This document shows positions 10,989 through 19,518 of a stretch of 42,513 bases of DNA, piece after piece (the stretch's first letter is position 1; every line of letters starts with the position of its first letter). The position numbers were made by a program, and so were the translations under genes. This stretch comes from Candidatus Nomurabacteria bacterium (GTDB lineage Bacteria; Patescibacteriota; Saccharimonadia; Saccharimonadales; Saccharimonadaceae), in the NCBI GenBank assembly GCA_031278275.1, contig JAITKW010000066.1, positions 1 through 42,513 on the forward strand, in the 5' to 3' direction. The notes beneath the pieces are model-generated. The model did no database searches, was not told where the DNA came from, and saw nothing but the letters and a program-made list of their open reading frames with translations.

Positions 10989-12020
10989 TTACTTATGTTT
11001 TTTATGGATATTAACGTATTGCAAATTGCCATCGTTGTCGTAACTAATATCCAACTTGCCACTTTTGGCGTATTTTTTAATCGTTTTTAACGTGCGATTG
11101 TCAGATTTGTCAAAATCATCGCGACTAATATGCTGATTTTTGTTGACAGTGAAACTAACGTCATAAATATCCGTTTGGCGTAAAATCCCATCGTCTTGAT
11201 AATTGTCTAACTTGAATAAATCCTTGACCTTGATAGCCCCAGCGGTCAATTTTTCCAAGATCAAGCGACTTTTTTTTGGGTTTTTGAATATGGTTTGCTT
11301 TTGTTTGGCGGAAATATCAACCAGTCCCAGCTCCTTGATACGCTCCAGATTAGATATAATCCCCTTGTGGGTATGCATTTTATACGTAATAGGTTTTCCG
11401 GTCTTGTCTTCTGAGGGAAGATTTAATCCCAAGTTCAAGATTTCAGTCGTGATGGCCACAGGCTGCAATTCGCGGGGTAAACTGCGTGTAGCGCTGATTG
11501 ATTCAAACAGCCCTTGTTCCAAAGTATGGCTCCCGTAACGCACCCGCGTGTGAGTGTTATGCGGGCGGTAACTTATGGTATTTGACAGTAATTTATACGT
11601 TCCAGCCATGAGAATTGGTATCGCTGCCACCGAGCCGACTGTCGCACCAATCTCTGCAGCTCCAATCATCGCACCGCCCAGCCCTAGCCCAACCAATGGC
11701 ACGGCGCTCGCCACCATCACACCGCCAGCCTTAATAGTGTCCGCCAAATGCGTTTTTGCCAAACGCTGCCTTTTGGCGGTGTCGGTGTTTACTAAAGTTT
11801 CTGGAGCTGGCGTAACTTCAATTGATGTTGCATTTTGAGCTTCGTTCTCATAATTTTGTGATAAAATATTCCTCAATTGCTCCAACCGCTGGGCTTTTTG
11901 GGACTTGGCCTCTTTGGTTTCTTGCGCACTTTCCGTTTCCAAAGGAGTACTCAGTTCATGATTTGGTTGCGGTATGTGATAGGTTTCCAAATCTGGTGCT
12001 TGGCGCATACGTTCTGACAT
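10989..12020 (-). CDS. Hypothetical membrane-anchored protein (343 aa)
   Basis: The N-terminal approximately 115 residues are disordered and Glu/Gln/Thr-rich. They are followed by a Gly-rich TM hairpin (GGVMVASAVPLVGLGLGGAMIGAAEIGATVGSVAAIPILMAG) and an AT-rich C-terminal domain. I moved the start to ATG 12020 because the track start (12125) overlaps the rplL terminator. I recognised no family. Confidence 0.55.
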   Translation of the reverse strand: MSERMRQAPDLETYHIPQPNHELSTPLETESAQETKEAKSQKAQRLEQLRNILSQNYENEAQNATSIEVTPAPETLVNTDTAKRQRLAKTHLADTIKAGGVMVASAVPLVGLGLGGAMIGAAEIGATVGSVAAIPILMAGTYKLLSNTISYRPHNTHTRVRYGSHTLEQGLFESISATRSLPRELQPVAITTEILNLGLNLPSEDKTGKPITYKMHTHKGIISNLERIKELGLVDISAKQKQTIFKNPKKSRLILEKLTAGAIKVKDLFKLDNYQDDGILRQTDIYDVSFTVNKNQHISRDDFDKSDNRTLKTIKKYAKSGKLDISYDNDGNLQYVNIHKKHK

Positions 12021-12111
12021 AACTTTATTGTAACCTAATTTTTCCACAGATAAAACAGATTTGGGAAATAAATCGTTGTATTTTTGTCCAAACCTTTTTA
12101 TATTAAATACC

Positions 12112-12136
12112 AAAAAACCACTCAAAACTTGAGTGG
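12112..12136 (-). terminator. Intrinsic terminator after rplL
   Basis: The minus strand reads CCACTCAA-GTT-TTGAGTGG followed by TTTTTT. Confidence 0.8.
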
Positions 12137-12166
12137 CTTTTGGTACAATTTGGCTAACTTTGGTTA

Positions 12167-12553
12167 TTATTGGAGCTCGACAGTTGCGCCGGCTTCTTCT
12201 AAGGCTTTTTTCATGGTTTCGGCCTCGTCTTTAGCAACTTTTTCTTTGACAGTTGCGGGAGCGCCGTCCACAATGGCTTTGGCTTCGCCAAGCCCCAAGC
12301 CTGTGGCTTCTTTGACCGCTTTGATTACGGCGATTTTTTGGGCACCCGCCTCTTTCAAAATCACGTTATATTCGCTCTTGGTTTCTTCTTGGGCTGCTGC
12401 GCCGTCTTCGCCACCAGCCACCGCCCCCGCTACGGCTACTGTGGCAGCCGCTGGCTCAATGCCATATTCATCTTTTAACACGTTTTTCAATTCGTTGACT
12501 TCCAAAACCGTCAACTTGGTTAGCTCTTCAGCTAATTTTTTTATATCAGCCAT
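12167..12553 (-). CDS. rplL: 50S ribosomal protein L7/L12
   Basis: 128 aa with [33 protein letters not shown] and a C-terminal [34 protein letters not shown]. Confidence 0.97.
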   Translation of the reverse strand: MADIKKLAEELTKLTVLEVNELKNVLKDEYGIEPAAATVAVAGAVAGGEDGAAAQEETKSEYNVILKEAGAQKIAVIKAVKEATGLGLGEAKAIVDGAPATVKEKVAKDEAETMKKALEEAGATVELQ

Positions 12554-12649
12554 CTTAAAATTGGAAACTTTTTCAAAAAAAGTTCCGCTCCTTTCTTGTT
12601 TTTATGCCCTTTTTGACAAAGGGCGGTCTTATAATTATAATAGTTGCTT

Positions 12650-13174
12650 TTATGCGGTTGCTTTAGCTTCAACTCCGTCAAGCAAAGCGTGCAAATTGCC
12701 AGACAAGGCGTTTACCGTGTCGTTGACTGGTGAAAGTAGCATGGCTACGGTTTCAGCAATCAACTGTTGCTTGCTCGGGAGTTTGGCGAGAGCTAGCACG
12801 TTTTCTTGGGTCATGGTTTTGCCGTCACTGGCAAACCCGCCCTGAATCTGCAAAGCGGCATGGGTTTTGGCGAACTTATCCAAAACTCCAGCCGGTGTCA
12901 CTTCGTCACTATCGCTCAAAGCGTACAGCAGTTGACCAGTCAATCCGGTCGTATCTGTATCTTTGTAAACTCCGATTTCATTCATCGCCACTTTCAATAA
13001 GCGGTTCTTGACAATCCGAATCTTGACACCGTTCTCGCGGGCATTTTTGCGTAGCTCTTCCATATCTGCCACCGACAGCCCATCATATTTGGCATAAACC
13101 GTCATTTTGGCATTTTCCAGCAAAGCTTTCATATCAGCAACTAAAGCTTGTTTTTTCTCGCGACTAATCGCCAT
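12650..13174 (-). CDS. rplJ: 50S ribosomal protein L10
   Basis: 174 aa: MAISREKKQALVADMKALLENAKMTVYAKYDGLSVADMEELRKNARENGVKIRIVKNRL. Confidence 0.95.
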   Translation of the reverse strand: MAISREKKQALVADMKALLENAKMTVYAKYDGLSVADMEELRKNARENGVKIRIVKNRLLKVAMNEIGVYKDTDTTGLTGQLLYALSDSDEVTPAGVLDKFAKTHAALQIQGGFASDGKTMTQENVLALAKLPSKQQLIAETVAMLLSPVNDTVNALSGNLHALLDGVEAKATA

Positions 13175-13299
13175 TTTTTCTCCTTTAGTTTACTATTTCG
13201 TCAGCCAAATTGTTAAGGTTTGGTTACCAAAATAAGACATTTTCCTGCGTAGCAAATTAAGTCAATTCTTGACAGCTACGGTCTTCGGTAACTGTCCAT
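13175..13299 (-). promoter_or_regulatory. Structured 5' leader of rplJ (possible L10-leader-type autoregulatory element)
   Basis: The approximately 120-nt leader contains the hairpin GACAGUUACCGAAGACCGUAGCUGUC (13271-13297). Alternative pairings are possible (CGUAGC/GCUACG and GUUACC/GGUAAC), and a GGAG SD follows. No covariance evidence is available. Confidence 0.3.
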
Positions 13300-13328
13300 A
13301 TAATAACACAGCAAAAAATAAAATGCAA
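13300..13328 (-). promoter_or_regulatory. Sigma70-like promoter of rplJ-rplL
   Basis: The minus strand reads TTGCAT-17 nt-TATTAT with an extended TGt. Confidence 0.55.
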
Positions 13329-13335
13329 TATAAAA

Positions 13336-13352
13336 GAATGGGTAACAAGACT
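13336..13352 (-). repeat. Short inverted core copy of the GGTCTTGTT...CCCATTC motif family
   Basis: The minus strand reads AGTCTTGTTACCCATTC. It lies 7 nt upstream of the rplJ -35. Confidence 0.4.
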
Positions 13353-13427
13353 ATAAGCAGACATCGGCACTGTCATTCTCAAAAAAGCTAAAGTTTGCCT
13401 AAAAGGTTTGAAAAATATAATAAATTG

Positions 13428-14513
13428 CTAATTATAAACATTTTCCACTTTTACGCTTGGACCCATTGTGGTGGAAATGCTGACGGATTTGATAAAGACG
13501 CTTTTGATGGATGCGGGTTTTTGGTTTTTTAAGCTGTTCATGAAAGACTCGGCATTTTCCAGCAACTTGTCCGTTCCGAAGCTGACTTTGCCCACAACGG
13601 TGTGGATAATTGACTGTTTATCCACGCGATATTCAATTTTCCCAGCTTTGGCTTCCGTAACGGCTTTTTTAATGTCGGCTGTTACCGTTCCGGCTTTTGG
13701 ATTGGGCATTAAGCCTTTCGGGCCAAGTAGCCGCGCGTATTTGCCGAGTTTTGGCATATAGGCGGGTGTGGAAATCAAAACATCAAAGTCCAAGTTTTCC
13801 TTGTTTAGCATCTGCAACAACTCCTCATCTCCGGCGAAATCGGCACCCGCCGCTTTGGCGAGTTTTGCTTGATCGTCTGGTGCGAACACCGCTACTTTGA
13901 CAGTTTTGCCAGTGCCGTTTGGCAAAGAAACGGTTGAGCGAATGTTTTGGTCGGCTTGTCTTGGGTCAACGTTCAGGCGAACGTGGATTTCCACGGTAGA
14001 GTCAAACTTGGTGGTGGCGGTTTTAATTACCAAGTCCAAAGCGTTTTTCAAATCATAAGTTTTGGTTTTGTCCACCAATTTGGCGACCGCCTGATATTTT
14101 TTCCCACGCCGCTCAACTAGCGGTCTGGCAACGGGTTTCTGACCTTTCTTAACTTCCTCTTCCGCCAATTGCTTATTGATTTTGGCTTTTTCTTTACGCT
14201 GAGCCTCAGCCTTTTCTTCCTCAATGACTTTTTTGCTTCTTTTGCCAGCTTTAGCAAAGTTTTTTTCGGTTGATGTTGTGGTTTCGGTGTCATCAGCAGT
14301 CGCTTTTTTGGCGGGAGTTTCTTCTTTAGCGACCTTTTCTCTGGTTTTTGTTTCTTCCTTAGCGACTTTTTCTCTGGTTTCGGTTTTTTTCTGAACGGCT
14401 TTTTCTTTGGTTTTAGTTTCTTTAGCGGGTACCGAATCCTTAGCGCCCGTGGCGGCGACTGGGGTTTTGGCGACCTCATCTTTCGTGTTAGTGGTTGTGG
14501 CTTTTTTTGCCAT
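13428..14513 (-). CDS. rplA: 50S ribosomal protein L1 with an N-terminal Lys/Glu/Thr-rich extension of about 135 aa
   Basis: The canonical L1 core starts at [21 protein letters not shown] (227 aa to the end). The start ATG 14513 (MAKKATTT) is preceded by AAAGGA. The track start at 14591 would run over the promoter. Confidence 0.9.
   Translation of the reverse strand: MAKKATTTNTKDEVAKTPVAATGAKDSVPAKETKTKEKAVQKKTETREKVAKEETKTREKVAKEETPAKKATADDTETTTSTEKNFAKAGKRSKKVIEEEKAEAQRKEKAKINKQLAEEEVKKGQKPVARPLVERRGKKYQAVAKLVDKTKTYDLKNALDLVIKTATTKFDSTVEIHVRLNVDPRQADQNIRSTVSLPNGTGKTVKVAVFAPDDQAKLAKAAGADFAGDEELLQMLNKENLDFDVLISTPAYMPKLGKYARLLGPKGLMPNPKAGTVTADIKKAVTEAKAGKIEYRVDKQSIIHTVVGKVSFGTDKLLENAESFMNSLKNQKPASIKSVFIKSVSISTTMGPSVKVENVYN
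14326..14391 (-). repeat. Imperfect 33-bp tandem duplication inside the L1 N-terminal extension
   Basis: The plus strand has ttagcgaccttttctctggtttttgtttcttcc followed by ttagcgactttttctctggtttcggtttttttc. These encode (K)[10 protein letters not shown] twice. Confidence 0.8.
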
Positions 14514-14572
14514 TTCTATCCTTTCTGTGGTAATAGCGCGACTTTCGCTCCCAACATTGATTATTTTCACCA

Positions 14573-14601
14573 AGTTTATCCCAAAAAGCATGTTTTGTCA
14601 A
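14573..14601 (-). promoter_or_regulatory. Sigma70-like promoter of rplA
   Basis: The minus strand reads TTGACA-17 nt-TAAACT. A leader of about 55 nt with a GGGAGCGAAAGUCGCGCU hairpin region precedes the SD. Confidence 0.5.
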
Positions 14602-14605
14602 ATGG

Positions 14606-14677
14606 ATCTTGTTACATAACCCCCCATTCACGGGTACAAAATTGTAACAGCCGGCCATAGACACGGAGCCGTGACAA
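14606..14677 (+). repeat. Copy 'A' of the intergenic repeat family (motif plus imperfect hairpin)
   Basis: atcttgttacataaccccccattcacgggtacaaaattgtaacagcc is about 79% identical, by hand alignment, to the minus-strand 5' half of the 37965-38100 element. On the minus strand the hairpin is followed by UUUU, so it may also terminate recA. Confidence 0.7.
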
Positions 14678-14682
14678 CCGAC

Positions 14683-15711
14683 TTATGCGGGGCTAGTCAT
14701 GCTTTTACGCACCTTTTGTTCAATTTCGTCAAGCGAGCTTGGCTTGTCTTTCAAGAATTGTTTGGCGGCTTCGCGTCCTTGCCCGATGTTTTCGTCATTG
14801 TATTTGTAAAATGCGCCAGATTTTTGCACCACATCTTTTTCCACCGCCAAATCCAACACATCGCCGGTTTTGGAAATGCCCTCGTTATACATGATGTCAA
14901 ACTCCGCCAAACGGAACGGTGCTGAAATTTTGTTCTTGACGACTTTGACTTTAGTGCGATTGCCAATAATATCTTCGCCAGATTTGATTTGACCAATACG
15001 GCGAATGTCCAAGCGCACCGAAGCGTAAAACTTAAGTGCGTTGCCACCGGTGGTGGTTTCCGGATTGCCGAACATTACGCCAATCTTCATACGGATTTGG
15101 TTGATGAAAATCACGGTGCTTTTGGTTTTATTGATGATGCCGGTTAACTTGCGCATAGCTTGACTCATTAAGCGGGCGTGCAAGCCCATGTTGGAATCTC
15201 CCATGTCGCCGTCAATCTCCGCTTGTGGGGTCAAAGCTGCCACCGAATCCACCACAATCAAGTCCACCGCACCGGAGCGTACCAAGTTTTCGCAAATCTC
15301 CAATGCTTGTTCGCCGTTATCGGGCTGGGAAATCAACAAGTTTTCGGTATCCACGCCTACACGGCGAGCGTACGCCGGATCCAAAGCATGTTCTGCGTCA
15401 ATAAAAGCACAAGTGCCACCTTGTTTTTGCATTTCAGCAATTGCATGCAGGGTTAAGGTGGTTTTACCGGAACTTTCCGGCCCATAGATTTCAATAATCC
15501 GCCCCTTGGGATAACCGCCACCAAGCGCCAAATCTAAGGACAGCGCGCCCGAATGCAAAAGCTCCACGTCCACCTTGTGTGTTTCGCCAAGCTTCATGAT
15601 GGAGCCGTCCCCAAATTGCTTTTTAATCTGTTCAATCGCCAAACTTAGGGCTTGTTTCTTGCCCGCATTGTCCTGTTTCTCGGGTATTTCTTTGGTTGTC
15701 TTTTTCGCCAT
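14683..15711 (-). CDS. recA: Recombinase RecA
   Basis: 342 aa with [16 protein letters not shown], Walker [21 protein letters not shown] and VVDSVAAL. Confidence 0.97.
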   Translation of the reverse strand: MAKKTTKEIPEKQDNAGKKQALSLAIEQIKKQFGDGSIMKLGETHKVDVELLHSGALSLDLALGGGYPKGRIIEIYGPESSGKTTLTLHAIAEMQKQGGTCAFIDAEHALDPAYARRVGVDTENLLISQPDNGEQALEICENLVRSGAVDLIVVDSVAALTPQAEIDGDMGDSNMGLHARLMSQAMRKLTGIINKTKSTVIFINQIRMKIGVMFGNPETTTGGNALKFYASVRLDIRRIGQIKSGEDIIGNRTKVKVVKNKISAPFRLAEFDIMYNEGISKTGDVLDLAVEKDVVQKSGAFYKYNDENIGQGREAAKQFLKDKPSSLDEIEQKVRKSMTSPA

Positions 15712-15782
15712 ATTACCTCTTTCTTCTATTTATAATCATGATAACGGATTTGCACAAAAAAGTCTAACATGAACGAGATAAA

Positions 15783-15834
15783 GGTCTTGTTGCATAACCG
15801 AGACAAATATCCAACTTCTCGGCGTGCAATCAAG
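15783..15834 (+). repeat. Motif-family copy forming a 15-bp interrupted hairpin between rpsI and recA
   Basis: ggtcttgttgcataacc is followed by CTTG/TTGCA/CCGAGA ... TCTCGG/TGCAA/CAAG pairing. aattgtgaca recurs at 15851-15860. Confidence 0.5.
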
Positions 15835-15875
15835 TAGCTTCGCAAAAGAGAATTGTGACAAAGACGGCAAGTTGT

Positions 15876-16271
15876 TTAACGCTTTGAGAACTGCTCTTTT
15901 TTGCGGGCGGAACGCAAGCCGTATTTTTTGCGTTCTTTTTCGCGCGGGTCGCGCTTCATTAGTCCAGCTTTTTTCAAAATCGGTCGGAGATCCGGAGCGT
16001 CAAGAGTCAGGGCTTTGGAGATGGCAAGTTTAATTGCGTCAACTTGACCAGCCAACCCACCGCCAGATACACGCACCGTGACATCAAACTCTTTTTGCTT
16101 GTTGGCAAGCGCGAGCGGATCGGTTAGCTCGGCAAGGAGGGTTTTGTTGTCGCAAAGATAAGCTTTGGCCTCGCGATTATTGATAGTAATATTGCCCTTG
16201 CCCTTAATCAAGCGCACCCTCGCTACCGCACCTTTGCGCCGCCCCAGCCCATAAGTATACTTCGTGTTCAT
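15876..16271 (-). CDS. rpsI: 30S ribosomal protein S9
   Basis: 131 aa with GLGRRKGAVARVRL and a C-terminal RKKYGLRSARKKEQFSKR. Confidence 0.97.
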   Translation of the reverse strand: MNTKYTYGLGRRKGAVARVRLIKGKGNITINNREAKAYLCDNKTLLAELTDPLALANKQKEFDVTVRVSGGGLAGQVDAIKLAISKALTLDAPDLRPILKKAGLMKRDPREKERKKYGLRSARKKEQFSKR

Positions 16272-16711
16272 GATTTCACCTCAACTTTCTTTGGCGTTTG
16301 CGCCACGTGTGCATGCTCCTCGCCCGCAAACACTTTCAGGCGTTTCAAGCGGTCGTTTAATAATTTATTTTTAGGCAACATGCCACGCACAGCGTTGATG
16401 ATGATTTCAGAGGGATTTTTGGCACGGACTTGGGCGAGCGACAATTCGGTTAACCCGCCTTGGTAACCACTGTGGCGGTAATATTTTTTGTCAAACTCTT
16501 TGCCCCCAGTGACTTGGACTTTGCTAGCATTAACGACTACCACAAAATCGCCGTTATCAACATGTGAGGTGAACGAAACTTTGGATTTGCCGAGCAGTTT
16601 GTCCGCCACCACAACCGCAATTTTGCCAAGCGGAGCAGTGGAAGCGTCAACCAAGAACCATTCTCGCTGAACTTCAACTGGTTTTTGGGAATAAGTTTTG
16701 AAAAATTTCAT
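16268..16711 (-). CDS. rplM: 50S ribosomal protein L13
   Basis: 147 aa with REWFLVDASTAPLGKIAVVVADKLLGK and YYRHSGYQGG. Confidence 0.97.
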   Translation of the reverse strand: MKFFKTYSQKPVEVQREWFLVDASTAPLGKIAVVVADKLLGKSKVSFTSHVDNGDFVVVVNASKVQVTGGKEFDKKYYRHSGYQGGLTELSLAQVRAKNPSEIIINAVRGMLPKNKLLNDRLKRLKVFAGEEHAHVAQTPKKVEVKS

Positions 16712-17124
16712 TTTTTATCCTCCTTTGCTATAGGTTTGGGGGTCGCAATTGGTTTTTCAACGGGCTTTATTTCGTCTACAAAACTAATTTCTGCCATTTC
16801 GGCATTGTCGCCAACCCTAAAACCGGTGGTTTTAATTCTCAAATAACCGCTGTCGCGCTTGATTTGAGGTGACAGCACATCTACTAAATAACTGCCCAAT
16901 TCCAGATTATCCAACCGAGCAATCACCAACCTGCGACTTGCCAAAGTATTTTTCTTCGCCAAAGTAATTAACTTTTCCATTGGGCGGCGAATTTCTTTGG
17001 CCTTAGCGAGGGTGGTGTTAATTCGTTGGTGTTGCAACAGCGAACACATCAGCCCCCTCAAAAGGGCCCGCCGTTCGCCATTTTCCCGCCCGAATTTCCT
17101 GCCTTTATAACCATGTCTGTGCAT
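16708..17124 (-). CDS. rplQ: 50S ribosomal protein L17
   Basis: 138 aa starting MHRHGYKGRKFGRENGERRALLRGL, with a short Lys/Pro-rich C-terminal tail. Confidence 0.95.
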   Translation of the reverse strand: MHRHGYKGRKFGRENGERRALLRGLMCSLLQHQRINTTLAKAKEIRRPMEKLITLAKKNTLASRRLVIARLDNLELGSYLVDVLSPQIKRDSGYLRIKTTGFRVGDNAEMAEISFVDEIKPVEKPIATPKPIAKEDKK

Positions 17125-17125
17125 A

Positions 17126-18049
17126 TTAAATACTCAATTCCTTTAGTTTAGTTTTCACTTCTTCCAGCGCTTTGGCACCAAATCCCTTCAATTCTTTGAA
17201 ATCTTGGTCAGACAAAGTCACCAAATCACGAACCGTGTGGATTTGGTTGTTGATTAGCGCATTGGTGGTGCGTGCCGAAAAGCCCAAATCTTCAATTTGC
17301 GTCATCAACCCATTAGCAATATCGTCCTCTTCAATTCCAGGAGTGGGCGCGGCTTCAACTACGGTGCTGCCCGCCAAAGCTTGGTATTGGTTAATCAAAA
17401 TGGCGGCCGCTTCTTCAAAAGCTTCACGCGGCGTAATTGTGCCGTCAGTTTCAATCGTCAATTGCAGTTGTTGCAAATCGGTATCTTGTCCAACGCGGTC
17501 ACTTTCCACCTTAAATCGGCAACGCAAAACCGGCGTAAAAATTGCGTCAATCGCAATCATATCGCTGTGGATTCTTTCCGTAGAGGATTTTTCAATGGTT
17601 TGATAGCCACGCCCAGAATCCACCACAATGTCCAACACAAAGGTCTTTTTTGCGTCATCAATCGTGGCAATCAATTGCTCAGGATTTGAGATTTCCAGCT
17701 CGGCTGGCAACTTGATGTCACCCGCCGTTAATTCACCCGCACCTTTCTTCTCGATATGCACTTCAACCGGAATGTCAGTGTGCGACTTGAAATGAACCCT
17801 TTTTAGATTGAGCATAATGTCCACCACGTCTTCTTTAACTCCCTCAATTGCGGAATATTCGTGCGTAATGCCGTCAATTTTGAACGCCACAATAGAAGCT
17901 CCAGCAACACTAGAGAGCAACACCCTCCTCAAACTATTACCAAGCGTATGCCCATAACCCGGATAAAGTGGACGAACGATAAAAGTAGCACTATTTTTAT
18001 CATGGTCAATTACTTCTTTTAACATTGGATTGTGAATTGTCTTTGCCAT
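17126..18049 (-). CDS. rpoA: DNA-directed RNA polymerase subunit alpha
   Basis: 307 aa with PLYPGYGHTLGNSLRRVLLSS and a C-terminal HhH domain (FSARTTNALINNQIHTVRDLV). Confidence 0.96.
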   Translation of the reverse strand: MAKTIHNPMLKEVIDHDKNSATFIVRPLYPGYGHTLGNSLRRVLLSSVAGASIVAFKIDGITHEYSAIEGVKEDVVDIMLNLKRVHFKSHTDIPVEVHIEKKGAGELTAGDIKLPAELEISNPEQLIATIDDAKKTFVLDIVVDSGRGYQTIEKSSTERIHSDMIAIDAIFTPVLRCRFKVESDRVGQDTDLQQLQLTIETDGTITPREAFEEAAAILINQYQALAGSTVVEAAPTPGIEEDDIANGLMTQIEDLGFSARTTNALINNQIHTVRDLVTLSDQDFKELKGFGAKALEEVKTKLKELSI

Positions 18050-18067
18050 TTTCCCTTCTTTCTCTAT

Positions 18068-18685
18068 TTAGCGCGAGTAAAACTCAACTATTAATTGTTC
18101 ATTGATGCCTGCCTCAATCTCTTCGCGTTTCGGCGTGCCCACTATCTCAATTTTCATATTTTTGACATCAGTTTTTATCCAACCGAGCGGCTGAGCATCT
18201 GCCGCCGCCACAATGTCAGTTAATTGTTTGAAATAGCTACTGCTTTTGCTTTTTGGTCGGACTTCAATAATATCTCCGGCGTTCAATCTGATAGACGGAA
18301 TGTCCACACGGCGACCATTCAGCAAAAAATGTCCATGCCCAACCAGTTGTCTTGAAGCACGCCTTGACAGGGCGAACCCCGCCCGAAACACGACATTATC
18401 CATGCGAAGTTCCAAAAACTTCAACAAGTTTTCGCCAGACAACCCCTCTGCGGCGGAGGCTTCTTTCATAAGGTTGGCGAATTGCTTTTCCAACAATCCA
18501 TACAAACGGCGCACTTTTTGCTTTTCGCGGAGCTGCGTCAAATACAGCCCGCCCTTGCCAATACGATCGCCAGGTTTTTTGCCAGGTGGACTACTTTTTC
18601 TTGCCAAAATCTTATGTGCCTTGGAAGCTAAAGCAAACCCCTCGCGGCGACTTTGTTTAACGATTGGCGTTAAATCTCTTGCCAT
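18068..18685 (-). CDS. rpsD: 30S ribosomal protein S4
   Basis: 205 aa with an S4 domain: LELRMDNVVFRAGFALSRRASRQLVGHGHFLLNGRRVDIPS. Confidence 0.96.
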   Translation of the reverse strand: MARDLTPIVKQSRREGFALASKAHKILARKSSPPGKKPGDRIGKGGLYLTQLREKQKVRRLYGLLEKQFANLMKEASAAEGLSGENLLKFLELRMDNVVFRAGFALSRRASRQLVGHGHFLLNGRRVDIPSIRLNAGDIIEVRPKSKSSSYFKQLTDIVAAADAQPLGWIKTDVKNMKIEIVGTPKREEIEAGINEQLIVEFYSR

Positions 18686-19122
18686 TACGGTTTCCTTTCT
18701 CCTTTTGGTCTAACCCCACCATGTGGCAGTGCGGTTAAATCTTTAATACTGTTAATTGTGATACCGAAAGGCAGTAGTGCCCGAATTGCGGAATCGCGAC
18801 CCAGCCCAATACCTTTCACAAAAACATCAACGGAACTCATACCAAAATTATTTTTCGCCTTTTCAATAGCTTTTTCGGCAGCCACTTGCGCAGCATAAGC
18901 CGTACCCTTTTTGGAACCACGAAAACCATTAGCACCTGCCGAAGAGATTGCCAGCGCACCGCCTTGCTTATCGGTAATTGTAATAATGGTATTATTGAAA
19001 GTAGCCTTAATATGCATTTCGCCAGCGGGTACAGTTTTTTTGCGACTCTTGCTGGAAACCTTAGTCGGTTTGACTTCTGGGGTTTCTGTTGGTGTAATAT
19101 TTTTCTCGTTCTCTTCTGTCAT
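18685..19122 (-). CDS. rpsK: 30S ribosomal protein S11
   Basis: HIKATFNNTIITITDKQGGALAISSAGANGFRGSKKGTAYAAQ. ATG 19122 has AGGA 7 nt upstream. The track start at 19128 is an alternative. Confidence 0.93.
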   Translation of the reverse strand: MTEENEKNITPTETPEVKPTKVSSKSRKKTVPAGEMHIKATFNNTIITITDKQGGALAISSAGANGFRGSKKGTAYAAQVAAEKAIEKAKNNFGMSSVDVFVKGIGLGRDSAIRALLPFGITINSIKDLTALPHGGVRPKGERKP

Positions 19123-19131
19123 AATCATTTC

Positions 19132-19518
19132 CTATGTTTTACTTGCCGCCTTTGGTTGAGCGCCGCCCACCGCAATAGCCTTGCCCTTACGTGTTCTGGC
19201 GTTGGTGCGAGTTCTTTGACCGTTCACCGGCAAACCAAGCTTGTGCCGAACGCCTTTATATGAACCAATATCCTTTAAGCGCTTAATATTGCCAGTCACA
19301 ATTCTCTGCAGACTGCCCTCCACGATGCATTTTGAATCAATAAAGCTGTTGATTTTTTGTTCATCGGCTTCTGTTAAATCTTTGACTCGTTTCGTAAAAT
19401 CAATGCCGACTTCTTTTAAGATTTTTTTACTGGTCGTTTCACCTATACCATAAACATATGTCAACCCCACCCAAACTTGTTTATCTGACGGTAAAGTCAC
19501 ACCTGCTACCCTTGCCAT
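19132..19518 (-). CDS. rpsM: 30S ribosomal protein S13
   Basis: 128 aa starting [34 protein letters not shown]. Confidence 0.97.
   Translation of the reverse strand: MARVAGVTLPSDKQVWVGLTYVYGIGETTSKKILKEVGIDFTKRVKDLTEADEQKINSFIDSKCIVEGSLQRIVTGNIKRLKDIGSYKGVRHKLGLPVNGQRTRTNARTRKGKAIAVGGAQPKAASKT

Noticed and set aside
12084-12845. A 253-aa plus-strand ORF antisense to rplL and rplJ. Many similar 60-170-aa antisense or off-frame track ORFs occur throughout the ribosomal clusters.
   Set aside because: They lie entirely opposite well-supported conserved genes. They have low-complexity Ala/Ser/Pro-rich or Cys/Arg-rich translations and no SD or promoter. They are typical shadow ORFs.
14117-14479. 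A 120-aa Lys/Pro-rich ORF in an alternative minus-strand frame within the rplA extension.
   Set aside because: It is an off-frame reading of the same repetitive A/G-rich sequence. The rplA frame links directly to the canonical L1 core and has the SD-preceded ATG.
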